From the NCBI GenBank assembly GCA_965240325.2, contig OZ251228.1, positions 1,860,001 to 1,924,000 of the forward strand: a stretch of DNA of 64,000 nucleotides, written 5' to 3'. Positions 1 through 8,980 of the stretch are shown piece by piece. The notes under the pieces were generated by a model. That model saw only the letters and a list, made by a program, of their open reading frames with translations. It made no database searches and was not told where the DNA came from. Each line of letters opens with the position of its first letter. Positions within the stretch are counted from its first letter, which is position 1. Both the position numbers and the translations under genes were made by a program. The DNA comes from Rebecca billardiae RCC1528. Its lineage: Eukaryota; Protista; Haptophyta.

Positions 1-578
1 GATTCGCGATTGCTGCCCTCGTCGTCTCGCGTGCAGGTCGAACGGGGGCCAAAGTCGACGCGTTTGGAGGTACGCTCGGGGCGTCGACACGATCGTGCGA
101 TCTGGGGCGGTCCTCGCCCGACTTGCACGTCGAGCGCTCGCACCGGCCATAGTATCAAACGCTGCGCACGACAACCACCTCGCGCGATCCACCGCCGCGC
201 GTCGGGCTCGGTGTGGAAAGGCCCTCATCACGAGGTGTCTCGCGGGCGGGAAGCGCCATCGCACGCAACGCAAGATTTGGCGCGGCCTTCTGAACTTGAT
301 CTCCGGAATCCGCGCACCGGACTCAGTCGTCGCTCGCGGTCCCTCAGCCGATGCCCACGTCCGGCCTGCATGGCGTCGACGGTGACCAATGCGACGGAAG
401 CGCAGCGCCAACGGCGTACGACGCGCAGCGGACGCACCTCCCGGGTCTGTCGCCGTGGCAGCAACCGCGTCTTCGCGAGTTGGCGACCCTCGCTGCAGCG
501 TGACACAGACAAGCCCGTGATGCCATCCGCAGAGAGACGAAACGTCGAGCATGCAACATCGCCGCGCCATCCTCGTCC

Positions 579-1150
579 ATGGCGCAGGCGCTGCGGGACG
601 AGGCGGACGTCGTCACGCCGGTGACGGATGCGCTGCGAATCGTGTGTTTGCTCGAGCAGTTCGTGCCCACTCTCGATCGCGAGGCACACGCTGTCGCTGT
701 GCGCGCGCGCGCACAACCAACAGCTCCTCGTGCCGCCGAACACGCAGGCGCCAGACCTGTCGCACGAGGCGAAGAGCGACGACCGCGCGAACGTCAACGC
801 GCTCGTGCTCAGCGTGGTAGCCGTGCACGACGTCAACGCGACCTGCGCCGAGCCCATCATGCCCGGAGCAGACATCGGCAAGCATCCTCGCGACGACCGC
901 TCTCGGCTGGCGGCAGGAGGACATGCACACGATCTACTCTGGCGGCTTCGTCGGCGGCGACTGAGGCGCTCGATTACGCCATCGCGGTCGAGATGCGGCA
1001 CACACAGCGCGTACCCGCGCTCGCGCGGAGCAACGGGCAACCCGCCTCGCGCCGCGTGCTGCACATTCCCTCGTGGATGTGGGCCTCGCTGATGCGCACG
1101 GACGTGACACGTGTACTACGCCAGTGGGAGAACTTCAGGTGTCACTGGGC
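579..1150 (+). CDS. Possible multi-exon hypothetical gene (boundaries uncertain)
   Basis: Protein-like segments in different frames (MAQALRDEADVV..., LLVPPNTQAP...NALVLSVVAV, EALDYAIAVEM...) could be joined by a GT...AACAG intron at about 663-723; no recognised domain. Confidence 0.25.
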
Positions 1151-1227
1151 CACTGGTCCGACTGTCCGTCACTACCCACGGCCACGAGCGCATGTGAAAA
1201 GACGCACGCAAACCCGCAGAGGAAACA

Positions 1228-2295
1228 TTGCGACAGCACTGGCACGGCCCGCCGACACCCCCGCCCGCCAGGGCACAGTTTATTATTACTTTAATGAGTC
1301 GGTCGCAGTTTCAAGCCTTTCAAGGAGCGGCAAGACAGCTTGGCTGTTATTGCTGCCTCCGATTGACCAGGCGAAACGACAAAAGAAACGACACCGCTCG
1401 GGGGAACACATCGTCAACAGAAAGCCCGCCGCCGGCCGCCGCCCGCGCGCATCATCACGCACAGCGGGACGAAATGCAAGACGAGCGAGAAGACGAGCCC
1501 GTCTCGCCGGAGAGCCGTCCCCTGAAGCGCCTCCGCCGAGGCGCCGACGTCGGCCCGCCTGAGGACGTGCACACGGTTGAAGCCGCGCATAGCCGCCAGG
1601 AGCGCGTCTTTGCACGACGGCGCGATTCGGAGTCAGCGCGCGCGCTTGCTCTGCTTCGGGCTCAGCGTGAGGCTGGAGGCTCACAGCTGGCGGCCGCCCC
1701 TGCGCACGGGTCTGGTGACGATGAGCCAAGCGACGAGGAGCTGCCAGACGAGGATACTCTTCTGTCGTGTGCAGGCGGCACACCTACACGTCCGCGGCCC
1801 CTGAGTGGCGCTGGTGCTGCATTCACAACTCCAGACGACGGCGCGCGCGCGGCATCTCGCCGCCCGCCGCGCGCAGATGCCGCCCTGGACGAGGACGAGG
1901 TCGGCACGTTTGAGGAAGATGAAGTGTTCGTCCCTGACGCTCGCGAGCGCGAGGATGCGCTGCGCCGCTGGGCTCGCCACCCGTTTGCACACAACGCAGT
2001 GGTCGAGCCCGTTGGCCCTGTCTCCGCCCTCCCGCCACTGGGCTGGGTGCCTAACGACGATGACTGGGCGTCGGCGCATGGGCACGACGGCCCGTGCTTT
2101 GCGTGCGGCCGCATCGGGCACTGGGCTGCCGAGTGCCCACGCAACGACCCGAGCGCGCGCACCTACCTGCTCTGCCCCTACGGAGAGAAGGACGATGCCA
2201 AGAGGCTGGGCGCGCGCTGGGACGCATCAAAGAAGCAATGGTTCGTGCCAGGCGGCATGGACACACGGCCCTTTCGGCGCTGGTTGAGGCGCTGA
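1228..2295 (+). CDS. CCHC zinc knuckle + DUF5710-like C-terminal domain protein (true start probably ATG 1294 or 1474)
   Basis: CFACGRIGHWAAEC knuckle followed by TYLLCPYGEKDDAKRLGARWD...WFVP, which resembles DUF5710; acidic low-complexity N-terminus. Confidence 0.7.
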   Translation: MRQHWHGPPTPPPARAQFIITLMSRSQFQAFQGAARQLGCYCCLRLTRRNDKRNDTARGNTSSTESPPPAAARAHHHAQRDEMQDEREDEPVSPESRPLKRLRRGADVGPPEDVHTVEAAHSRQERVFARRRDSESARALALLRAQREAGGSQLAAAPAHGSGDDEPSDEELPDEDTLLSCAGGTPTRPRPLSGAGAAFTTPDDGARAASRRPPRADAALDEDEVGTFEEDEVFVPDAREREDALRRWARHPFAHNAVVEPVGPVSALPPLGWVPNDDDWASAHGHDGPCFACGRIGHWAAECPRNDPSARTYLLCPYGEKDDAKRLGARWDASKKQWFVPGGMDTRPFRRWLRR

Positions 2296-2663
2296 GTGGG
2301 CGTCGAGAGTGATATGCAGGCGTCTGCAAGAATGATGGCAATTGCAGACGAACAGCAGTACAGGGCGCGGCACGCCCCGTTGACCAGTATGAAATATTAT
2401 TATTCTCCGAGACTAGCTACGCGCGCGCATCATCAGTGACGGTGGCCACGGCGTAATAACCGCGACTTTGAGTACTGCTGTTACTGATTCCGCGGGCGGC
2501 TGCCTTATATCGGCTGCCGTATCAGTATATATATATTACTATAATAAATAATATATCGGCGCATATGGGATTATTACACGACGGCCTGACGGCGTGACCG
2601 TGTGGCAATAGTATTTAGTTGCGTGCGGCCGGCTGAATCGACGTCACATCAGGGCCGACTGTC

Positions 2664-2862
2664 GGCTGCCGAGTGCCCACGCAACTACCACTAGCCAGCA
2701 GTAACTTACGACCCGGTCACTAAGCGCACGCACCTACCTGCTGGCTGCCCCTACGGAGAGAAGGACGATGCCAAGAGGCTGGGCGCGCGCTGGGACACAT
2801 CAATCAAAGAAGGCAATGGTTCGTGCCAGGTGGCATGGGCACACTGCCCTTGCCGCCTGGCG
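2664..2862 (+). pseudogene. Degenerate partial duplicate of the 3' end of the knuckle/DUF5710 gene
   Basis: Near-copy of about 2124-2283 with insertions (e.g. ccctacggagagaaggacgatgccaagaggctgggcgcgcgctgggac). Confidence 0.75.
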
Positions 2863-3174
2863 CGACCATTACTCATGGCCGATGACATCAGTGAGTGTTG
2901 GTCTGGCCGCGGCGCGCGGCCTGCAGCCAGACGGTCTGACAGGCAACCAGAGCAGGGCGGAGCCGCGTGCACGGCGTGCGGACGCGGCCCGCGCCGCCAG
3001 GACTGACTTTCGTCGCGAGAACACTCATAGTGTTGCTGACATCATGCAGGTGATCGATACCTACTATGATACCTCTGAGCGATATTGGCCAATCAGTCGA
3101 GTCGTTTCTCGTCTGCTCATCTGATCGGATGAAGCGTTCTCGAATTTAACGAGCATCAACAGCGCGCAGTACTA

Positions 3175-3327
3175 TGGCCCGCGGTGCAGGACGGAGCGCG
3201 TAGCGTCGAGCCCCGCCGGGGGCCTTCATTACGTTCCATGTCAAAAAGATCTTGTGATCAAAGAAAAGTGGGCGAGCCGGACGATTTTGAGGGCTGTTGA
3301 AAGGCGGCGAGTTTCGATTTTTCGAGG
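3175..3327 (+). mobile_element. Truncated 5' end of the TGGCCCGCGGTGCA (Helitron2/Helentron-like) family
   Basis: Starts tggcccgcggtgcagg and continues with the family motif tcaaaaagatctt..gatcaa.gaaaa seen at 24898, 26334 and 38795(-). Confidence 0.7.
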
Positions 3328-3855
3328 TGTATATATATATACATTGCTGGCCATATATTGACTTGATTAAAGGCGCGTCCGGCCGCCGTGGGTCCATGAT
3401 AAGTAAGCCTGGCCGGCTGGCGGCTGCCTGTCATTTTGTCCGGCCGAGTATATCTGGGTGAACGTGAAGTTTCTGATCTGATGCGATTCTTTCAATTGTA
3501 TAAGTCGCCTGCTTATTCACACGCGGTATTATATTATTGATGATGATGATGCCAACTATATAGTGATATTATAATACTACATGGACGGCGGTGGGGTAGG
3601 TGGACAAAAGGGCCGTCGTCCTGAAAATCAGTGCGCATATGTAGATAGTAGATAGTACGCCTACATGGCGACACTCAACGCCCGAACGGGCGCCCTCGTG
3701 GCTGACGTCGGTCGCTCGCGCAGAAATCCGTACATCTGTCATCGATCAACCGCCTGGTGGCCGAATAAGTATACTCAGTCCATAGCCCAGATCCGAGACC
3801 AACGACACTCGTCTCGGTCCGACTCGTCTTGACTCGCTAAGCTGCTAGCGCTTGG

Positions 3856-5922
3856 TCATGCCTGTCGACCCTCGACCACTAGCCATCGTCCTCGGCGGAC
3901 CTTGCCTAACCACCTAACCCCGGTGTCCGCCGCTGCCTCGGCTCCTGCTCCTGAGCACACCTCCACTACAGCCGACGACGCTGCTCTCGCCTCGCCTCTC
4001 GTTCCCACCGTCGCTCCGCACCACCCCGCGCCCGTCACCACGAGTGCTGCCGGCACAGGGCAGACCGTGTCGGGCATCCCAATGGTGACACCCAGTGCTT
4101 GCTGCCGTCGTGCTCCCGCCACCATCGATGGTGATGGTAGTGCTGGCGCAGCGGTGGTGTTGATGCCTCCTGGTAGTCCCTGGTCGTAGATGCCAGCCCA
4201 GCCAGGGGCAGCCCGGGTTGCGTCCCCTGCATTGCCACACCGATGCCGCTCGTCCAGGCTCCTGGCACCACCATTGACCGCCCCGTCGCGAACCGGATGG
4301 ATCGTGCCAACTGGCGAGCGCGAGAGGACGATGCTGGCTGCGACCAGCGGCATGCTGCGTGCTCCCGACGCCATCGATGGTGATGGTAGTGCTGGCGCAG
4401 CGGTGGTGTTGATGCCTCCTGGTAGTCCCTGGTCGTAGATGCCAGCCCAGCCAGGGACAGCCCGGGTTGCGTCCCCTGCACTGCCACACCGATGCCGCTC
4501 GTCCAGGGCCCTGGCACCACCATTGGCCGCCCCGTCGCCAACCGGATGGATCGTGCCAACTGGCGAGCGCCAGGGGACGATGCTGGCTGCGACCAGTGGC
4601 ATGCTGACTGCGTCCATTGGTGGCGGTGGGGGCAGCTGCGGGGTGGCGTACGAAGAAGCGGCAACGCAGCTGGTGTGATTGTGCAGTCGCTTCGCTGCGC
4701 GAGTGCCCTGGTCGCCGGTGCCATGCTCCAGACTGCGCTTGCGCACGGCGAGCCGACTATCAACCATGCCTGCCAGCTTGTGCGTAGCGCACCGGCTGGC
4801 GCGCGCGTCGGCCGGCATGCCGAACGAAGGCCGCTTGGTGCAGCCAGCGTGATCACACGTGGGGAGACTGAGGGGGGCGACCATGCCGGCCAGCTTGTGC
4901 ATAGCGCACCGGCTGGCGCGCGCGTCGCCCGGCATGCGGTACGAAGGCGCCTTGGTGCAGCCCGCGTGATCACACTTGGCCAGAGTCACCACAACCATCA
5001 TGCCATCCAGCTTGTGCGCAGCGCACCGGCTGGCGCGCGAGTCGCCTGGCATGCCGAAGGAAGGCCACTTTTTGCAGCCGGCCACATTACACTTGCGGCT
5101 CACCACGGGGACCATGCCGGCCAGCTTGTGCTCTGCGCACCGGCTGGCGCGCGCGGCGCCCGGCATGCCGAGTGAAGGCGCCTTGGTGCAGCCCGCGTGA
5201 TCACACTTTGCCAGAGTCACCACATTCATCATGCCATCCAGCTTGTGCGTAGCGCACCGGCTGGCGCGCGCGTCGCCGGGCATGCCGTACGAAGCCCGCT
5301 CGGTGCAGCCCGCATGACCACACGTGGGGCTTCTCACGCTGACCATGCCGGCCAGCTTGTGCTCTGCGCACCGGCTGGCGCGCGAGGTGCCCGGCATGCA
5401 GTACCAAGGCCAGGTGGTGCAGCCCGCGTGATCGCATGTGCGCTTCAGCTTGTCGACCATGCCGGCGAGCACGTGCGCTGCGCACCGGCTGGCGCGCGTC
5501 TCGCCCGGCATGCCGAACCTCACCCGCTGGGTGCAGCCAACGTGATCACACGTGCGGCCCACCAAGTTGACCATGCCGGCCAGCTTGTGCGTGGCGCACC
5601 GGCTGGCGCGCGCGCGCGCGTCGCCTGGCATGCCGAATGAAGGCTCTGTGGTGCAGCCCGCGTGATCACACTTGGGGTTCCTCACGTTGACCATGCCGGC
5701 CAGCTTGTGCGTGGCGCACCGGCTGGCGCGCGTCTCGCCCAGCATGCCGAACGAAGGCCGTGTGGTGCAGCCCGCGTGATCACACTTGGGCTTCCTCACG
5801 TCGACCATGCCGGCCAGCTTGTGCGTACCGCACCGGCTGGCGCGCGCGTCGCCCGGCATGCCAAAGTAAGGCACCGTGGTGCAGCCAACGTGATCACATT
5901 TGGGGCTCCTCACGTCGACCAT
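3856..5922 (-). CDS. EsV-1-7-type cysteine-rich repeat protein, copy 1 (10 repeats)
   Basis: Ten ~38-aa units C-x4-C-x5-(F/Y)GMPG-x6-C-x2-HKLAGM; basic patch after the array; low-complexity tail. Confidence 0.85.
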   Translation of the reverse strand: MVDVRSPKCDHVGCTTVPYFGMPGDARASRCGTHKLAGMVDVRKPKCDHAGCTTRPSFGMLGETRASRCATHKLAGMVNVRNPKCDHAGCTTEPSFGMPGDARARASRCATHKLAGMVNLVGRTCDHVGCTQRVRFGMPGETRASRCAAHVLAGMVDKLKRTCDHAGCTTWPWYCMPGTSRASRCAEHKLAGMVSVRSPTCGHAGCTERASYGMPGDARASRCATHKLDGMMNVVTLAKCDHAGCTKAPSLGMPGAARASRCAEHKLAGMVPVVSRKCNVAGCKKWPSFGMPGDSRASRCAAHKLDGMMVVVTLAKCDHAGCTKAPSYRMPGDARASRCAMHKLAGMVAPLSLPTCDHAGCTKRPSFGMPADARASRCATHKLAGMVDSRLAVRKRSLEHGTGDQGTRAAKRLHNHTSCVAASSYATPQLPPPPPMDAVSMPLVAASIVPWRSPVGTIHPVGDGAANGGARALDERHRCGSAGDATRAVPGWAGIYDQGLPGGINTTAAPALPSPSMASGARSMPLVAASIVLSRSPVGTIHPVRDGAVNGGARSLDERHRCGNAGDATRAAPGWAGIYDQGLPGGINTTAAPALPSPSMVAGARRQQALGVTIGMPDTVCPVPAALVVTGAGWCGATVGTRGEARAASSAVVEVCSGAGAEAAADTGVRWLGKVRRGRWLVVEGRQA
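4109..4604. repeat. 249-bp in-frame tandem duplication in the tail of copy 1
   Basis: PLVAASIV...GTIHPV.DGA...WAGIYDQGLPGGINTTAAPALPSPSM occurs twice. Confidence 0.85.
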
Positions 5923-6050
5923 GCCGGCCAGCTTGTGCGTACCGCACCGGCTGGCGCGCGCGGCGCCCGGCGGCGTAGCCCCGAGCGGGAGCGCGCGGCA
6001 AAGGGCGCGTGGTTTCCTGTGCTCAATTGGCCGGCGCCGCCCGGCAGCGC

Positions 6051-6101
6051 TAAATCAGCCCGGGCTGAGATAAGCTTAATAAATCAGCCCGGGCTGATTT
6101 A
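6051..6101. repeat. Duplicated palindrome TAAATCAGCCCGGGCTGATTTA
   Basis: Perfect 22-bp palindrome at 6080-6101 with a partial copy at 6051-6068. Confidence 0.8.
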
Positions 6102-6303
6102 CAGTTTACTATGTTTTAACGTGCACACTTGGTTAAGGCGTGATTGACGCCATCCAACACGTACTGCACAAAGACACCGCCACAAAACAGACCGGCGCAG
6201 GCAGGTGAGGGGCGCGTTGCCGCACCTCATCGAGGCGGCCATTGCAGCAAGCGGCCGCCCCGCGCTCGGAGGCACGCGCTCGGGAGCGCGCTCTGACACC
6301 ACA
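6100..6303 (+). repeat. ~205-bp dispersed repeat, copy 1
   Basis: tacagtttactatgttttaacgtgcacacttgg...gctctgacaccacac also present at 8597-8806. Confidence 0.85.
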
Positions 6304-6403
6304 CGGGGAGGGTGCTGCACCTGGATGTTAGCGCTCCCGGGCGCCGCCCCACGGCCGGCGGCGGCGTTCATCGTGGTCAGCTCGCATCGGCGTCGCCACA
6401 GTG

Positions 6404-8011
6404 ATGTTCGGCTGGATGTTCCGCTTCCGTCGCGGGCGCGATGGCACGGCCTGCGCGGACGGGTGCCGCAGCTCGCTCGCTCAGCTCCCGCCCGACCTCG
6501 CCGCGCGCATCCTCGCGCAGCTCCCGGACCCGGAGGACGTGGCGGCGGTGGGCGCGACGTGCCGCGCTCTGCGCGAGCTTCTCGAGCGCGTGCTGCGCGC
6601 GCGGCTCGAGGCGCGCGGCCACGCGGCCGACCTTCCGCGCACGCTCCCCGAGCGCGTAGGCAGCTGGACGCAAGAGCTGCTCGCGCGGGAGCGCGTGCTC
6701 GTCGGCGCGAGCGCGCACTCGCTGGTCGCGACCGGAGCCATGGGCGACTTGCACTATGCACATTTCGCCTTTGTCGACGCGGAGGGCGGGCTGCACACGT
6801 GCGGTGCGCAGAATGATGACGGCGAGAGCTTCATGTCGCACCCTGCGCTCGGCCACGGCGGCACTTCGTCGGACCCCGGCCCACCTGTCGAGCACCCGCG
6901 CCGTGTGCTCGCGCTCGCGAGCGTGCGCATCGCGGCCGTTGCTACGGCCGAGTGCCATTTGCTCGCGCTGAGCGAGGCGGGCCGCGTGTACGCGTGCGGG
7001 TACAACGAATGCGGCGTGCTCGGCCTCGGCCAGGCTGTGGACGACGCGTTCGTGCCCGTGCTCGTGAGCGCGCTCGCGCACGAGCGTGTTGTGGGCATCG
7101 CGGCCGCCGATCCGGCGAGCAGCTTTGCACTCACGGCTGCGGGTGCCGTGTACAGCTGGGGCGCCGACGTCGACGGGCAGCTCGGGCACGGTGCGCCGCC
7201 GCCTGCCCGCGCGCCCAGCAACGAGGGCGCGGATGATTCTGAGCACGTGCACGGCGTCTTCGAGCCGCGGCTGGTGCGCGCCCTCTCGGACGTGCGCATT
7301 GTCGGGATCTCAGCTGGCATCGGCCAAGTGACCCTCGCGCTCAGCGACGCTGGCAGCGTGTTCGGCTGGGGAGACATCGAGGCGGGCCCGAAGGTGCCCG
7401 GCAGATGCCGCCGCCGCAAGAAGCCGCCGCTGCCCCGGCGGATCGGCGGCGGCACGCTCGACGGCGTGCGCGCGGTGCAGGTGAGTGCGGGCATCTGCTC
7501 CCTCGTGCTCGACTCCAACGGGCGCGTGCACACGTTCGGCGACTTCAGTGACCACCATTCGAACGTGCCCGCGCTCATGCCCGGGCTGGGCGCGGACGTG
7601 CGCATCACGGCGGTGAGCGCTCAGCAGTGCCTGATGGTGGACTCTGAAGGCGCGGTGTACTCGTACGGCGAGGGATTCGAAGGCGAGCTCGGCCACGGCG
7701 ACACGCGCAGCCGCTCCCGCGCCACGCGCATCTCGGCGCTCCGCGGCAAGCGCGCCGCGCGCGTGCACGGGCAGTACTGCCACAGCCTGGTCGTCACGGC
7801 GGACGGGAGCGCGTACTCGTTCGGCGACGGCCCCTTTGGCGACAAGGAGGCCTTCGGCATCCTGCGCAGCACCGAGATGTTTGGCTGGGACTACCGGCAC
7901 AGGGTGTACAGGCCGAGGCGCATTCAGGGGCTGCCGCCGCTGCGCGTGCGGCCGTGGCATCATCAGAGTCCCATCAATGCTGCGGACACTGCGCCACTCA
8001 GCGTGGACTGA
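6404..8011 (+). CDS. F-box + RCC1/BLIP-II repeat protein
   Basis: F-box-like LAQLPPDLAARILAQL...VGATCRALR; RCC1 repeats (GRVYACGYNECGVLGLG, GAVYSWGADVDGQLGHG, GAVYSYGEGFEGELGHG). Confidence 0.85.
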   Translation: MFGWMFRFRRGRDGTACADGCRSSLAQLPPDLAARILAQLPDPEDVAAVGATCRALRELLERVLRARLEARGHAADLPRTLPERVGSWTQELLARERVLVGASAHSLVATGAMGDLHYAHFAFVDAEGGLHTCGAQNDDGESFMSHPALGHGGTSSDPGPPVEHPRRVLALASVRIAAVATAECHLLALSEAGRVYACGYNECGVLGLGQAVDDAFVPVLVSALAHERVVGIAAADPASSFALTAAGAVYSWGADVDGQLGHGAPPPARAPSNEGADDSEHVHGVFEPRLVRALSDVRIVGISAGIGQVTLALSDAGSVFGWGDIEAGPKVPGRCRRRKKPPLPRRIGGGTLDGVRAVQVSAGICSLVLDSNGRVHTFGDFSDHHSNVPALMPGLGADVRITAVSAQQCLMVDSEGAVYSYGEGFEGELGHGDTRSRSRATRISALRGKRAARVHGQYCHSLVVTADGSAYSFGDGPFGDKEAFGILRSTEMFGWDYRHRVYRPRRIQGLPPLRVRPWHHQSPINAADTAPLSVD

Positions 8012-8596
8012 GAGGCCAGGCCCAGCGACTGCTCCGAGGGGCGGGATGTAGTCGCTTAAGTCGTACTACGAGTACGACTAGCTGCTACGCTATATATATT
8101 TATTATATATATAGTGATATATCATATGATCGCGCGCGTAGTGCGGGGCAGCTGCGGAGTGACAGCAATGTAAATGTTCAGCAATCAGCCGGAGCGGATC
8201 GGCGCCGCACAGGACCGGCAGTCTGTGGCGCGTCTAGGCACGGAGTCATCAGGATTATATCGCTATACGGTCAGCCGCGCGGGTAACGCCTAACCGCTAA
8301 CGGTGACTCACGTATGGCCAGTAGTGTCAGCTGATTATGATACAGCGCGCGCCAGCCAGCCAGAGTGCATATCTGACAGAATAATCTGACCAGCAGCTAG
8401 CAGACGCAGCAGTCGGCACGGTATGAGTATAGCATCAGTCATCATAGATAGACGCGATGATATACGCGACATGCAGCTCGATCACAGACCAGTCCGCAGT
8501 CGGTTAACGGTTTACGACGACTGCTGATCTATCTACGCGAGCCACTCCCGACTCCGGGCTTTGGCTTAGTCGTTACTGCTGTCAGTCAGAGTCCAG

Positions 8597-8806
8597 TACA
8601 GTTTACTATGTTTTAACGTGCACACTTGGTTAAGGCGTGATTGACGCCATCCAACACTGCACAAAGACACCGCCACAAAACAGACCGGCGCAGGCAGGTG
8701 AGGCGGGGCGCGTTGCCGCACCTCATCGAGGCGGCCATTGGCATTGCAGCAAGCGGCCGCCCCGCGCTCGGAGGCACGCGCTCGGGAGCGCGCTCTGACA
8801 CCACAC
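8597..8806 (+). repeat. ~205-bp dispersed repeat, copy 2
   Basis: Direct near-identical copy of 6100-6303. Confidence 0.85.
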
Positions 8807-8980
8807 ACAGTAGTACGCTACCCCGGCGGCTAAGTTTCATTCGACAACTAGACCTAGTAATTAATTCAAGTAATTCAACCACCCGGAGGCTGAGACGGAG
8901 TCTCGCCGAGATCGATTATTATCGCGCAGTGACCTGCTCGCATACGATACACTCGCCGAGTACCGCCCGCTGGTGACTAG

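Noticed and set aside
6100-8806. LTR retrotransposon
   Set aside because: No primer-binding site, polypurine tract, gag/pol or clear shared TSD; the interior is an F-box/RCC1 gene
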